This document shows, piece by piece, positions 37,452 to 50,701 of a stretch of 64,000 bases of DNA. The DNA is taken from assembly GCF_038025025.1 (NCBI RefSeq), contig NW_027117347.1, forward strand, positions 1,116,001 to 1,180,000, in the 5' to 3' direction. Made by a program: the position numbers and the translations under genes. The DNA is from Phyllosticta citribraziliensis (lineage: Eukaryota). Numbering within the stretch: position 1 is the stretch's first letter; the number at the start of each line of letters is the position of its first letter. Under the pieces are notes generated by a model. The model was not told the DNA's origin and searched no databases. It worked only from the letters and a program-made list of their open reading frames with translations.

Positions 37452-40211
37452 TCACTCGGAATCAGCCTCGATCCTCTGCGTTGCGAGCACCGTGAGTCCG
37501 TCAAACGCAACTCGGGCTCCCCAACGAATCGTTTCCTGCTCCGCCTTGCTTGCCCCCGCCTCGGCCCTGCTCACCTTTTTCTTGAAAAAGTACTGCAGGC
37601 CCCTCGCCATCTGGGGAGCATCCTTGGTGACCATGACAATGTCAAGCAGGGCCTTTTCATCTCGCCCGCCACTGGCCTTTTTCTGTGACCGCAGAATCAC
37701 CGTCGACAGCAACACTTCGACAAAAGCCTCAGTCTTGGGCCGCAGGTAAGCGAAGTTCAGGGTCTGCGACATTGGTCAGCTTGAGCATCTTTGCCACCAC
37801 CACACTTTGGTACACGTACCTTGAGGACCGTAATAGGCTGTCCGTTTTCTGCAACGAGAGTGCCAAACATCTTGCCCAGGTTGACAATTTTCCTCGTCGT
37901 GAGCGCTTCTTCTCCATCCTCCTCATCCAGGTCCATGTCGTCGCCATCTTCATTCTCGCCCATGCGCTTGAACAGATCCCAAAGACTGAACTGGAAGGCC
38001 TTTTTCAGCTGCTTCTCAGTACACAGGCGCCTCGCAATCAGCGTGTAGTATGGGTTGTAGCTCTGCTCTGCACCCGCGCAGTGTATCAGGACCTTGGGAA
38101 TCTCCAGTTCTTGAGACTTTTTCAGCCTGAGCTTCGTCAGGCGCAGATGCGCATCCTTGTAGTCAGACGCAGACATGATGGACATGAAAATAGCGCGCCG
38201 GATGTCGGTGTTCATACGTGACTCCTTGGCAAGCTGCATTAGGTCCGTGGTGCCACTTTCAATAATTTCTTCGGGCTCCACTTTGGCTGACTTTTGCTTC
38301 TCTTTGGGTGTCTTGTCCTCGGCAGCATTTTCCTCGGCCTCGTTCCGCCAGCTTGCACCGACTAGCCACCATTTTCCCTTCTTCTCCGTATCCATAATGT
38401 CTTTCAGACCAATGCGGAGCGGCTCACTGGCCTTGATGCTACGATTGTTCAGGGATCCTAGCGTCTTCTTCATGCGCGTGGTGTGCTCGGATGTGATGGC
38501 TGACGCAGCAACTCCCGTCTTCATGCGGTTGTTTTTGAGGTTGTTGATGGTCTCGACCATGAACTTTGAGCGCACTGACAAGTTGGACTCTCCCGCCTTT
38601 GCCACGGCCTTTTGCAACCGAATGACAATGTCTTTGAGTGCCGAAGGATCGTCTTGGCGGAGTTGAGGTCCTGACAGCCTGACAAGACGAAGAAGCAGTT
38701 CCGTGTTGATTTCTTTCAATTCCTCGAGGAAGAGACGAATGTAGTCAAACACCAAGTTGCTACCAATGGCTTGAAAGTTGTACAGCTCAGCCATCAGAGA
38801 CATGAGATTGGTCGTTTCTTTGCCGCTGGTCTCTTCGTTGAAACTGCTGTACTGCTTGTCGAACTCGGACACAAACCGTTCAACCAATTGAGCTCCAAAG
38901 TCCATGCCGACAACCTTGTAAACGGCTGCGATGAATCCAGCGTGGAGGATCAGGAAAGTGTCTTGCAGGGTCGTTCGGTCGCATATCAGCCCCAGGAGAA
39001 TGTCAATGAGGGTCGAAGTGACATATTGACGCGGGTTTTTGGAATACAGCTGTTCCACATCTTTCAGGATGGTGATCAGGTTTGCTTCGGACAGACGATT
39101 GAGTAAACCTTGAGTTTGTCTCCGTAACCGAGTCATCAACTCGGCATCTGACGTGGGCGGTCCTCGCATGGAGGGAGGTATGTATTTTCCGGTAGGTTTT
39201 GCCTCTGCTGGTACAGGTGGAAGGTAAGGATTTTCGCGGACTTTTGGTTGCTGGATCGCTTCCGACTCTTCGTCGTCCATTTCTTCGTCCTCGAGGTCTT
39301 CATCCACCTCGTCGGCTTCGTCTTCTTCTCCTGAGAAGCCCGAAAAGTCGTCCTCGTCTCCGTTTCCGTCTCCTTCGACGTCGTCCTCCTCTTCAGAATC
39401 TTCCAGATCCTCATCTTCCAAGCCATCTTCAAGCTCTTCGTCCTCCGAATCCTCCTCATCCGAACCCGTGTCACTCACAGACTCCTCGCGCGTCAGAGTC
39501 CCTCCAGCCTTTCTCCTCTTATTTTTCAGCCACTCGTCGTCCTCAGTCGTCCTCTTCCTCTTCCCGGAGACGGCAAAGTCCAACTCGTCGTCAATGCCGT
39601 CGAGAAGGTCCGCGAGGCCGTCGTCTTCGAAGGCCTTGGGCATCTTTTTCCCCTTCATTCCAAGCTTCTTTTCCAGGGCCTTGATTTCGGCGTCATCCTC
39701 GTCGAGTCTTTCCTGAAGGCGTTTCGACACCTTTTTTGTGGCCGGAGGCGACGCACCATCTTGCCTCTTCTCCTTCCTGGAGCCCTTGGTAGACTCTTGT
39801 TCCTTGGCGGCTTTTTTCGTGTCTTGTTTGGCCGTTGGCTCAGGCTGCTTCAAAATCGGCTTGGGCGTCTTTTGCTCGGCATCTCGCGCGGCAGGTTTCG
39901 ACTTCGGCGGCGGCGGCGGTGGAGAGTCGTCCTCGTCCTCGCTTTGCGATTCTTCGGCTGCTGGTCGCGAGAAGCGAGGACCTCTTGACTGCGGTCGATG
40001 CACAGCTCTCTTCTGTACGCGCTCCGCCTTGCGGCGATCTTTACGACTCGTCACAGCATTGCGACTGCGCCCATTGCGATCAGACGGAGCAGAAGCTGTT
40101 CGGCACGGTCAGTGGATTTTCCTGCGCGCGATAACAGAGACGGCGCATACCTCCGATGCGATCCAAGAGCTCCCGAGGCAATTTGGGGCCGCCGTGGTTG
40201 CGAGGGGGCAT
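37452..40211 (-). CDS. SGD1: Nucleolar MIF4G/MA3 protein Sgd1 (NOM1 family)
   Basis: Exon 1 [17 protein letters not shown] with intron 40150-40096. Acidic N-terminus, [18 protein letters not shown] (MIF4G), [11 protein letters not shown] and [16 protein letters not shown] (MA3). Last intron near 37764-37819. Confidence 0.92.
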
Positions 40212-40441
40212 GCTGGAGTGTGGGAATCGGAGCAGAAAAATGTCAGAGGAAGGGTTCCGGGTCGATGGAGCGAGCCCACCGCACCCAGGGCGTCGGCACG
40301 GACCGAGGAGGGGGCAGACGCCGGGCCGAGCGCTGGCTCACCGCCCTCCCGCAGCTCGACGTCAGTCCAGCACCAGTTGTTGAGAAATGCACAGCTCCAA
40401 CATGCTCCAGCACTAGCACTCACGGCTGTGCTCCTCCCGTC

Positions 40442-41000
40442 ATGGCAGCAAATCCGCACATCAGCAATGACGAGGTACGTCGGCTTTTCAACCTGGCCGC
40501 AGAAGAGGAGAGTGGCACTAATGATTGCGCGCAGTTCTTCGCAAAACTCACCGACCTCTTCAACTCGCGCCGCGCCAAAGACCATGGCAGCATCTACCTG
40601 ACGCAGAAGCGCCGTACGGCTCCTACCCCCTCTCCTAAAACACCAACCAACTCACCCCTCCGCAACAGTAACCTACGATGTCGACGCGCCCACATCACCC
40701 TCCGCCGCCGCCGACCGCACGCAAGCCGCCCTCGCTCAGGATCCGCTCTGGGACACGCACCCGCCGGAGCCCCTGCCCGTCATCGTGCGCGCGACCAACG
40801 GCAAGTCGAAGCCGCACCGCGCCGAAAAGGTCAAGCTGAGCACACTCGTCCAGCCCGACGCCCTCGACGCCTTTTACGCCCGCTACGCCGACGTCTGCAA
40901 GGCGGGCATGACGGCCCTGAAGCCGCGCGATCGCAGTAAGCGCAAGACGCAGCAGAAGAAGCGGAAGAAGGCCGGGGCTGGCGCCGAGGCGAAGAGCTGA
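40442..41000 (+). CDS. SRP14: Signal recognition particle 14 kDa subunit
   Basis: Spliced product (introns 40475-40534 and 40614-40668): MAANPHISNDEFFAKLTDLF..HGSIYLTQKRLTYD..IVRATNGKSK..KVKLST.V....LDAFYARYADVCKAGM.ALK.RDRSKRK. Confidence 0.93.
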
Positions 41001-41920
41001 GCCGGGGGAAAGCGCGTGGACGTGGGGGTATGCGTGCTTTTGCGCCAGGGATGCGTGTGTATGTATATGCCGCTTTCTGTATCGAGCCAAAAGTTGGACG
41101 GTCAGGAAGACTCTACGTATGCCTCTCGTCCAAGGGCATCGATCTTTGGGACCGGGAAATCATGAGAAAAATACCAGAAGGATTGGGACCGCTAAACCAG
41201 ACTTTTGGCAGACGAATTCAAAACAAAGCATACAATTTCCATGTCCAATTCCATCGCAATTTTGCCGGGCCGAGATGGTGGAGGCCAGGGGAGACGCGCA
41301 GGTATCAGACGCTTCCATCATTATACCACTAAGCAAACCTAGGTCCTTCCCCCCTTTGATCCACTAGCAGGTCTTCACCGTATCTGTGCACTCCAAAACG
41401 ATTAGGCGCGAAAACCTCGCGTGAATCTTGCCAGCTGTGAAGCCGAGCAACGTAGGCATCCAGGGGGAAATCATCGCGGCAAGCCGACATCTGGCATGCT
41501 CCGGCGCTCTCTTTACCATTCGAGTGCACCCGTATCATCATCATCATCGTCCGATCCCTCGTTATTTCTCTATCCAGGACAAGCAATACAGACCGATTCG
41601 CCCAGAAGAAAAGGGTCGAAAAGAAGAGAGGGAGAAAGATCCGCACCAGCGCCAAACCGCCCACGCTCGCTCGCCATTCCCGCTGAATAACAATCTCCAG
41701 ATACGCAAGCGACCCAGCTCGTCGTCATCGTTTCGTGTACAGGCCAAAAAGGGAAGCGCCTTTGATCCAGTATGCAGATTCGGCACGCAACTTGGACAAG
41801 GATGGGGTAGAAATAAGTGGAAAGATGTCGCGCGTTCAGTGTGACAGACGCGCGACGAGCAAAGACCGAGTAGGGGGTGTTGTACATCAGAAGAGGCAAA
41901 CTGATTTTTGGGCGCCTCGC

Positions 41921-43047
41921 TCAACCAAGAGAGCCGTGTGACTGTCCTTGAGGCGAGCCTTGCGCCATCTGCTGCTGCTGCTGTTGCTGCTGCTGTTGCA
42001 AGTGTTGGCGCATTTGCTGCTGCTGCGCCTGCTGCGCCTGCTGCGCCTGCTGCGCCTGCTGCGCGGCTGCTCCCTGGGCACCCTGAGCGGCTGCCATGGC
42101 GGCAGGGTTCAGCGGTGCGCCAGTCCACCCGGGGAACAGATTCTGCAGTCTGGTATACATGTCTGCCAGGCCGGCAGGAAAGGGCGGCGACGAAGGCACG
42201 CTCATGATGGCGGGGCCGGGAAGGCTGGCTTTGCGCTCGTACGTGGTCGCAAGGTAGGAGAGGTTGGCTTGGAGGCGGCGCATGACGCTGTTGGGTGTGT
42301 CGTGTTAGCGCGCCGGCGCATTGCGCAGCAAGGGGTCAGATTTGACGTACTCGTTGATGTAGATCTTGGTCTCTGGGTCCTTGAGCCCCTCGGCAGCCTT
42401 TTGGCCCTGTTCCTTGAACTTCATGACCTCGATGAGCAGGTCCTTGTTGATGTCGAGCAGCAGCGATATGCGCTCGTGGTCGCGGGCCTGGGTGCTGGGA
42501 GACGAAGGCGGCTGCTGGGCGGGCTTGGTCGGCGTCTGAACCTTTTGGTGGTGGGGGGCGCCGTGGGAGGGCAGGCTCACGGGGGCGGCCATTGGCTGCG
42601 AGTGTTCGGGGGTCGACAGGTGGTGGTTCTGGTTCTGGTTCTGGTTCTGGTGGGTGGCAGCATACGGCGAGACGTGACGGGGCGGCGAGATGGTAGGTCT
42701 GGTGAGGTGGGCAAAGGGCATGCCCTGAGTAAAGGACTGCGAGACTGCAAGGGTCGGTCAGGTCGGGTGAGACAGAGGAGAATTAGGCGACGTAGGGTTC
42801 CACATCACTCACCTCGCGGCGACTGCTGCATCATGGAGGCGGCTCCCGGCATGGTTGAAAGGGCGGCGGCGCCATGGAACTGGAAGTGAGCTTGCTGCTG
42901 TGGCTGCGGTTGGCCAAAGTGCGGGGGCGGCTGGGACTGGGAGTGAGACTGGGAATGATGGTGGGCGTGGGCGGGTGAGGCGGTGCTACTGGCAAGCTGC
43001 TGCTGGTTGAAAAAGGGCGGCGCATTGAAAGAGTCCATCTGATTCAT
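41921..43047 (-). CDS. Gln/His/Pro-rich protein with an SS18(SNH)/Snf11-like helical motif
   Basis: Introns 42812-42745 and 42350-42288 join three ORFs in frame. Core ERISLLLDINKDLLIEVMKFKEQG..YINDVMRRLQANLSYLATTYE, with a poly-Q tail. Confidence 0.75.
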
Positions 43048-44014
43048 GGCGAGGGCATGCGTGGTGTGCTCCTGGGAACAAGAGATGGGGGATCTGCTTC
43101 GGCACCCGCGACAGACTGCAAACCCTTTCCGAGAGAGGCGCCGGGGGCGCTTCTTCCATCATGACATGACCACGGCGACCAACATGAACTCGCCCACCGA
43201 AATCAGATGTCTGCCATCCTCTTGCACTCTGAACAATAAACACCAGGGCCATGCTCCACACACAGGGCAGCCCGCCCACTTCCAGCGCACGCACACCCCG
43301 GGCCACGCCAACGGCGGGCAGGGATCGCGGCGACACGCTTGGCCCACTCCTTGTCTCGTCCTCGGTCCTGTCCTCACGAGGGACCGTCATAATTGAGAGA
43401 CCCTAGGTCATGCTCGGCTCCTCTGTCGTCTTGTCGTCTTCGATTGTCCACTCCAGATTTACCTGATTGTCTACAACTCCTGTAGTAGCCCAGTCAAATG
43501 CTCGCCGAGTCGTCGTCACGCCTCGACACCACGCACCCGACATCTTCACCCGCGGCTGTGTGTAGCGACCATGATTGACGGTCCGAAGCAAAGTGGAGCA
43601 AGCGTCCAAAAGCATGAGCTTGGATGCTGGCACCAATCACTGCAATCTTTCCGTGCCGTCAGTCAGCTCAAATAGACCTCCCACTTGACTTTTGCTCCAC
43701 CAAGCATTAAGATTGCATGCCGACCTCGTGTTGTTAAACAAGCCAACGTTTGTACCAAAACCATCTTCAGTTTGCCGAAGCATATTCGTCGTGGTCCCTG
43801 TTTTGGGTTGACGTGCCGCTAGTGAGGTTAGGGCGGTGCCGGTACCTGACAGCACTACGGGAGACGCCAGAAACCTCCGCCGCAGCCAGCCCCGAGGCCC
43901 GGTGACGATCCCATCTCTCCCGCTCTCAACCGTCACAACGCCTGCCCTGCTGCCCGTCGCACAACCTCCCGTCGCCCGACCAGGACGTCCCGCAAACGCC
44001 CCCCAGCACACACA

Positions 44015-44831
44015 ATGGTCCTCTCCTTCATCCTGATCCAGAATCGCCAGTATGATGCTCCCAGCGCTCCCCATGACCCTGCCACCCGTCATGGTTGATT
44101 GACCCAATGCGCACCTGCAGGGGCAAGACTCGCCTGGCCAAGTGGTATGCGCCGTATAGCGTACGCGACCTCTGCACCCCCATCTTTATCGAATCGCTCA
44201 AGCTAACGGGACCGTGCCAAACAGGATGAAGAAAAAGTCAAGTTGAAAGGCGAAGTGCGTCGACATCCACTAGCCCAGCCCCTCCCTCCCCATTGCGCCC
44301 ACCACAACCTCCAAACCATCTCGCGCACACAATCTGACACGCTCTCTCCCTCCGTTCCAGGTCCACCGCCTCATCGCCCCGCGCGACCAGAAGCACCAGT
44401 CCAACTTCGTCGAGTTCCGCAACACGTCCAAGATAGTGTACCGCCGCTACGCCGGCCTCTTCTTCTGCGCCTGCGTCGACACAAACGACAACGAGCTGGC
44501 CTACCTCGAGGCCATCCACTTCTTCGTCGAGGTCCTCGATGCCTTTTTCGGCAACGTCTGCGAGCTGGATCTGGTCTTCAATTTCTACAAGGTGCGTGCG
44601 TCCAGGCGCGTTTGGCTTATGTTCGACACGGTCTGGGTTTGGTCTCGAGAGCTGGAAAGAGGACGGACATTCATGAACATCAGAGGCTATGATAGGGAGT
44701 TGAGAGTCGGAGCTGATAGACGAGTGCAGGTCTACGCCATTCTGGACGAGGTGTTCCTGGCCGGCGAGATCGAGGAGACGAGCAAGCAGGTCGTCCTGAC
44801 GCGGCTGGAGCATTTGGACAAGCTGGAATAA
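44015..44831 (+). CDS. APS2: AP-2 adaptor complex sigma subunit
   Basis: Five exons give [101 protein letters not shown]. Confidence 0.93.
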
Positions 44832-45162
44832 TGCGTCGACATTCCCAGCCTCTTGGGACTTCTGCTGGCAAATTGAGCATCGTGTGCGGCGTTTAGGTGT
44901 TAGGGAGGACTGGCGCCGTCTAGGATACCTTGGCCATTTTCAGGGGTAACTTTTTTCTTTCTTCGGTCGATGACCAGCGTCAGGAATGGCAAACATCTCT
45001 TCATCAAGTTCCAACGTGCAACATTGCCTCAATTGGACGTGTGGGAAGCCGTCCAAGGAAAATGCTCCTGATCATGTGTCCTGATGCATTTCTTGAGATT
45101 CGTCTATTCTATGTACACTCTACAACTTTTTGGGTGAACCAGAAGGTGCCACCGCATATCCC

Positions 45163-48100
45163 TTACCCATAATTGAACGGGTTCCTGCACAGCGGACAGC
45201 TGCTGCCATTGCTACTCTTGAACCACTTGAACAAGCAGCTCGAGTGGAACAGATTCTTGCACGTAAGGCAGCGCTTACTCGGCAACTGCTTGTCGGAACT
45301 GATGATGGAGTAGCAAATAGCGCACTCGGTCTGGCCCTTGAGGGCGCCGACGACGTTGCGGCGCCAGGCGACGAGGCCGTCGACGAGGTTGCCGTTGGAG
45401 AAGGTGACGACGCCCTGGGCGGCGCGCAGCCAGCTCTGCCACTTCTGCTCCGACACGGCCACGCGGTTGACGCCCTCGACCTGCACCGACGCCAGCGGGT
45501 ACGTCGGCGGCAGCCGCATCGCCATGGTCATGAACTGCTCGTCCACCTCGTACCCGGCCACCACCTCGCGCGCCCGCGCGTTCACCTTGACCGTCAGCGC
45601 CGCGTCGCCGTCGCCCGCGTTGTCCGTCGTCGCCCACGTGCTGACCGACGCCAGCGCCGCGCTGATGATGTGCGGCGAGATGAAGCGCTGCGTCCACGAC
45701 TCCACCGCTAGCACCGTCTGCCGCGACTTGCAGTCGATCCACCAGCCCTTGGCTAGCGACGGCAGGTGGTTGAACACCAGGAACCAGAGGTGTGTCGACA
45801 GGTACCGCGCGTCGGCCAGCGCCGTGTCCGTCGCTTGAGCGTCGTATGTCGTCACGTCGAACTTGGATGCTTCGGCTGGCTTGCCTTTGCTGTGGCCGAG
45901 GAACTCGGCGAGGAAGTCGAGCAGCGCCGGCACGTGGCCTTCGCTTTGGAGGTGCTCGATGTAGTCGCTTTTGACCTTGTATGACTTTCCATTGGTTAGC
46001 CGTGTTGCTTGTACGGTTGGATGGTACATAAACTTACCGAGTTGGTGAAGTGGTCGAAGATGAGCATCCAGCTGAACAGATAGCCCCTCAGACCCAGGGG
46101 CATCGCTCTCTGGAAATCCCACGAGACAATGGCTTCCTTTGGAGGTGCTTCGAGGACAAGGGAAAGCAATTCGTCGGGCAGTCTTGCACTCGTTTTCTCC
46201 AAAGCGGCGTCAATCGAAATTTGCTCTTGCGCGGCGGGAATGGCCTTGTGAAGCAGGTCAAAGGCTGCCTGCTGGACGGAACCAGACTCCGTCAACAGAA
46301 GAGGGTAGAGCTGCACTCGGGTCAATTTTATTTCAGTGAAGCATATTCACTTTGTGGACTCACCTCAGCCGGGTTGTTCACTTGGGTCAGGGGAAGTTGG
46401 TTGATTTGGCGCGAGAGCAGCTCATTCACAATCTTGAAAGGCTGGTGGTGATAGTCGTCCAGGCCTACATGAGTTAGAATTGGTAACCCAGTCACAGATC
46501 CGTTGTTCAGCTTACCTTCGGACTGTTTCAAGAGGTTGACAAGGCCATTCGCAGCCGCGTGTTCGTAGGCTTTCCAGGCGTCGACGAGGTCGTCGTTGGG
46601 ATCTTCATCTGATTTGAGAGACCTCAGCGTTGCGTAGAGCTTCAGAGAAGCGTGGATGGCAGGCAGTGCCCTATAATTGTCAGTTTCATACCGAATGTAG
46701 ATTTCATCGTGGACTTACTCCTCATATCCAAGCTGTGTCTCCTTGAACGACTCGGCCGACTCCCAGAATGACGTGAGAGACTGCAGAATGTGCTCCCAAT
46801 GCTCTCCATAGATATCCTTCATTTGCGGAAGCAGGACAATGAGAGCACGGCTGGCTTCTCCCCGCAATGGAAGACCGGGTGCAGACTCTGGATCCAGCCA
46901 TTCAATGACATGCTTGACAAAGAAAATCAACCTTTGCTTTGCAATGGTTTCGACAACGCCCTCCTGGTTGTGGATGATGAGATTGAGAATGACGAGCTGT
47001 CGGAGAGCCTCTTGCGGGTTCTCAGCAATGTCATGACTTGTGAGCTGTGCTACGAGCTCATTGCACAAACGCGAAGCAGATCCTGAGGCTGCCAAGGGAG
47101 CGCTGTTACCAACAAGGAAGGCTGCGACCAGGAGAGTTTCTTCAATCTTTTTCACGGCATTCAAAGTCAACTCCATCTGCGGCGACTTTTTGCCTTGCCA
47201 GCCCTGAAGTGAAATGATTTCGGCAGTCACATCACTGTATGCCAGAGCATTGTAGAAGCCTCTAGGTGACACCTCTTCTGACGATTTGCGGAAAAATTCC
47301 AGTGTCGAGTGCACAAAGTAGTAGGCTGAAGCTTCGTCTCGAGATGACTTCTCCAGCCAGCTTGTCATGAGCCTTTGAGCATCCGAGATGGTCTCGAGTG
47401 CATCGTTCTCGGTTTGTGGGTTGTAGCGGCTCCAGATGTTGTTGGAAGTTGCTCGGCTTAGGTTATCGTTGGCCAGCAAAATGGTCAGCAAGAGTTGCTC
47501 GTAAATTTGAGCACGCCGCTCAACCGGAAGCACTTCGAACACGCGTGTCTCATTGAAGAGCTTGACTGTGTAGGCTGCCATACGAAGAGCAGGGGAGAAT
47601 CCAGCAGCATCCCGCGCAACTCTTGGCGGAGCCACGCTCTTCTGTCCGACCAAGTAGACGACTCCGCCCAGTTGGTTTGTGATGGCAAAAGTAGGATGAG
47701 GCGGAATCGAGAGGAAGGGTTCCAGAGCAGCTTTCCAAGCCGCAAAAGAAGGGAGCAGGCTCTCGACAAGTTCGGAGTTGCTCAGATCGGACCCCTGGAT
47801 CAGGTCCTTGCTCAGGTCGACAAGTGTCGTCGGCGACACGGAGTTGGCCGAGGCTTCTACCAGTCCTTTGGAAATGACGTCCGCGATAGAGTTTTTGAGT
47901 GCACCTCTGCTTTGCTCGTCAGACAACGTCTCCTTGATGCGTTTTTCCAAGCTGGTTGCTTGCTCTGCAACTTCGTCATTGGGATTCTCAGTGATTGACA
48001 CCAGCTTCTGAAGCAGCTCTGAGCCTTGAGTTGTGGGTACATATCTCTTGACAAGGTCTGGGTTGTACGTGACTATGTTAGACAACCCCTGCAAAGCATA

Positions 48101-50342
48101 TGCGGCCTTGTTCGAAATGGACAGAGACTGAGTCAGGTCAGACAGTACAGTATCCACGGTGTCGTTCGATAGCGCAGAGGCCGAGTGCTGCAGGATTTGG
48201 TTGACAAAGTCCCAGTTTGTTGTGCCCTCGCCCGCGGAGCGGAATCTCTGTAAGATAAAGGTTTGGAGTTCAGGGTTGGCGACAGCTAGCTTGCTCTGTT
48301 CAGCCGCTTGAGAGGAAAGTAAGGATGCAATAGCTTCAAGCTTTACATCTGGTTGGGGTGCATTGATGCAAGCTTCTAGCGTGGCATTCCATGCATGCTC
48401 GAATTCAGGCCGGTCGCTGAACGAGTAGAGAATGGTTGCAAGTTGTGACGAGGAGGGCGAAAGGAAAAGCGAAGGAAGCTCATTCTTGATGAATTCAAGA
48501 AGCGCTTCCTCGGAACCAGGGTGCTCAAGCAGGAACGGCTTGAAAGACCGAAGCATTGCTGCCACAACGCCGGCCGCGCTATACGGCTTTCCATTTCTGG
48601 AACTCAATTGATCGAGGGCCACTTTCAAAATTTGGAAGGCCGATTCTTTCAAGGTGTCGCGCGTTGACTGAGGCAGCTCTTGCTCGACAATCTTTCCAGT
48701 GACGAGAGCCCATCTGTGACCGACGTTCAAAACGTCATTTTGAGACTTCTCAAAGTCCTTGGACTGAGCTGGCAGGGAGGTCTTCATATCCTCAATGAGA
48801 CTTTCTGTCGCTTGCCGCCATGGTTCCAGAATGACCGTAGGCATTGTGGGGATGGCCAAAGCTTTGCCAATAAGCGTAGGAGCTTGTGGTGCTGGCACCG
48901 CCCACACTGCCGTTTCCTGCACTGGCTTAATGTAGTGAAGAACGAGGGGAAGAACAATCTCGGCAAGCAACTTTTCTTGCTCCTCTGTTGACAATCGAGC
49001 CGAGATGTGCGCAACGACTTTGAAATAACAGCTGTAAGCAGCTGCAAGATTGGCGCGTGGCTCGTCCTTGTTTACAATACCACCGTGGAAAGCGCTGAGC
49101 AACTCGACAGCATCAGGTGGATTGGACGGCAGCACTTCTTGCGGCAGATTCTCGATAATTTTCCCCACATTCTCCCAGTACTCTTTCGGGCCTCCTTGAG
49201 AGCCACGCTTCAAGAATTGCCTAAGTCTGCGGGTTACCGGAGTCTTCTTTGAAATGTAATCTTCTGTCCACGTTGTTGGGAAAGTCGTGGTGAGCAAGAC
49301 CAGGGTTTCAGTGAAATCCCAAGACGATCCAGTCTGGTCAGAGTTCAGGGCCTTGCCCAGATATGACTGCGATATTGTAGAGAGATTTGCCGACAGAATT
49401 TCTAGATTGCATCAGCAAGCCTAACTTACTTTGCTTGGGCGAAACTTACCATGCTGCTTGGTCATGCACATGCGCAGAAGCCTATGCACAGCTCGCCTGA
49501 CTGCAGGATCATTGTACGACGAAAAGTCCCAGAGCCTACTGTCCTGAATGGCTTCCTCATAACTATCACGCTCTTTTGCCAATTCCTCTGGAGAAAGCTC
49601 TGACAGCAGGCTGGCGATGACTGCAAGGCTGGATGCTATGACGCGGCTGTACTTGGCCTCGGCGTCGTCTTTGCTAGTGTTGCGCTCGTCGCTCAGCGAG
49701 TTGACAGATTCCTTGTCTACTACTGTCCGGCAATACTCTAGAATGGTCTGCTGGAATGCTTTTCGCAGATTGTGCATTTTCTCCGGCGTGGAAAAGACGG
49801 CCTTGAAGGAAGCTTGCGCCGCCAATGCCACAGACTTGTCATTATCGTATAATCCAGCAAGCCATGCACCAACAATCTTGGGCATGTATCTGGCTATCCT
49901 CTTTCCACACGCAGACGCAATCTGGCCCTGAATGGTGTGGGCAAGCTGACGAACCCTTCGGGCGCCGTCTATCGAGGTGCGGGGGTAAAGTTGGACCTGG
50001 AAATTTGCAAAGCTCAATTACTACCTCCTCCAAGTTATATACAGCAGCGGAGTAACGCACCCATGCCTCCAAAACGGCGTCCTCCACTCCGCTGGGAGAG
50101 GTAATGTGAGACTGCAAGTCTTCCAGAGCCTTTGCCTTGGTTGTGCTGTCCTTTTTGGACAAGTTCTTGAACAGGACCACGGTGTTGGCGTCTGATATGG
50201 ACGAGAGGTCTGGCGGCTCGGACACGTAGGACAGTTGGGACGCGGAGGATCCAAAGGAAGAGAAAGAGCCAAAGCCGCCGCCGAATCCGCTGGCTGCAGC
50301 GCGACTGCTGCTCGCGTGGGATTTGGCCTGCCGCTTGCTCAT
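45163..50342 (-). CDS. RKR1: Ribosome quality-control E3 ubiquitin ligase listerin
   Basis: N-terminus MSKRQAKSHASSSRAA..FKNLSKKDSTTKAKALEDL. C-terminal RING ECAICYSII..CLTCKNLFHSSCLFKWFKSS..SCPLCR. About six introns. Confidence 0.95.
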
Positions 50343-50701
50343 GTCGAAGGCGTGGAAAGGAGCGTCGGAGTAAGAGGCGAATTGGACACGAGGTGGTGTT
50401 GTCGGGGGGAGAGGTGAATTGGAGCGCGCGGTGCTGTTGAAAAGTCGCGTCTGTCGCGAGATGCTTGACGAGTGAGGGACAGCGGAGAGCGGCGCCCATG
50501 ACGCAGCGCCGCCCGCCGGGCGGATGGCCCCTGCACGCCAAGGCCGGTCGATCGACGGCTCATGGACGTGCCATTCAAATAATCCCAATGTAATCATCCC
50601 CCAACACCGCTCCCCGTCCACTATGTGATGCGCTTGCCCTGGGCGCTCACCACGTCCTCTTCTCCTATCACGAATTCCGGATCACTTCAACTGTCGCCAA
50701 G

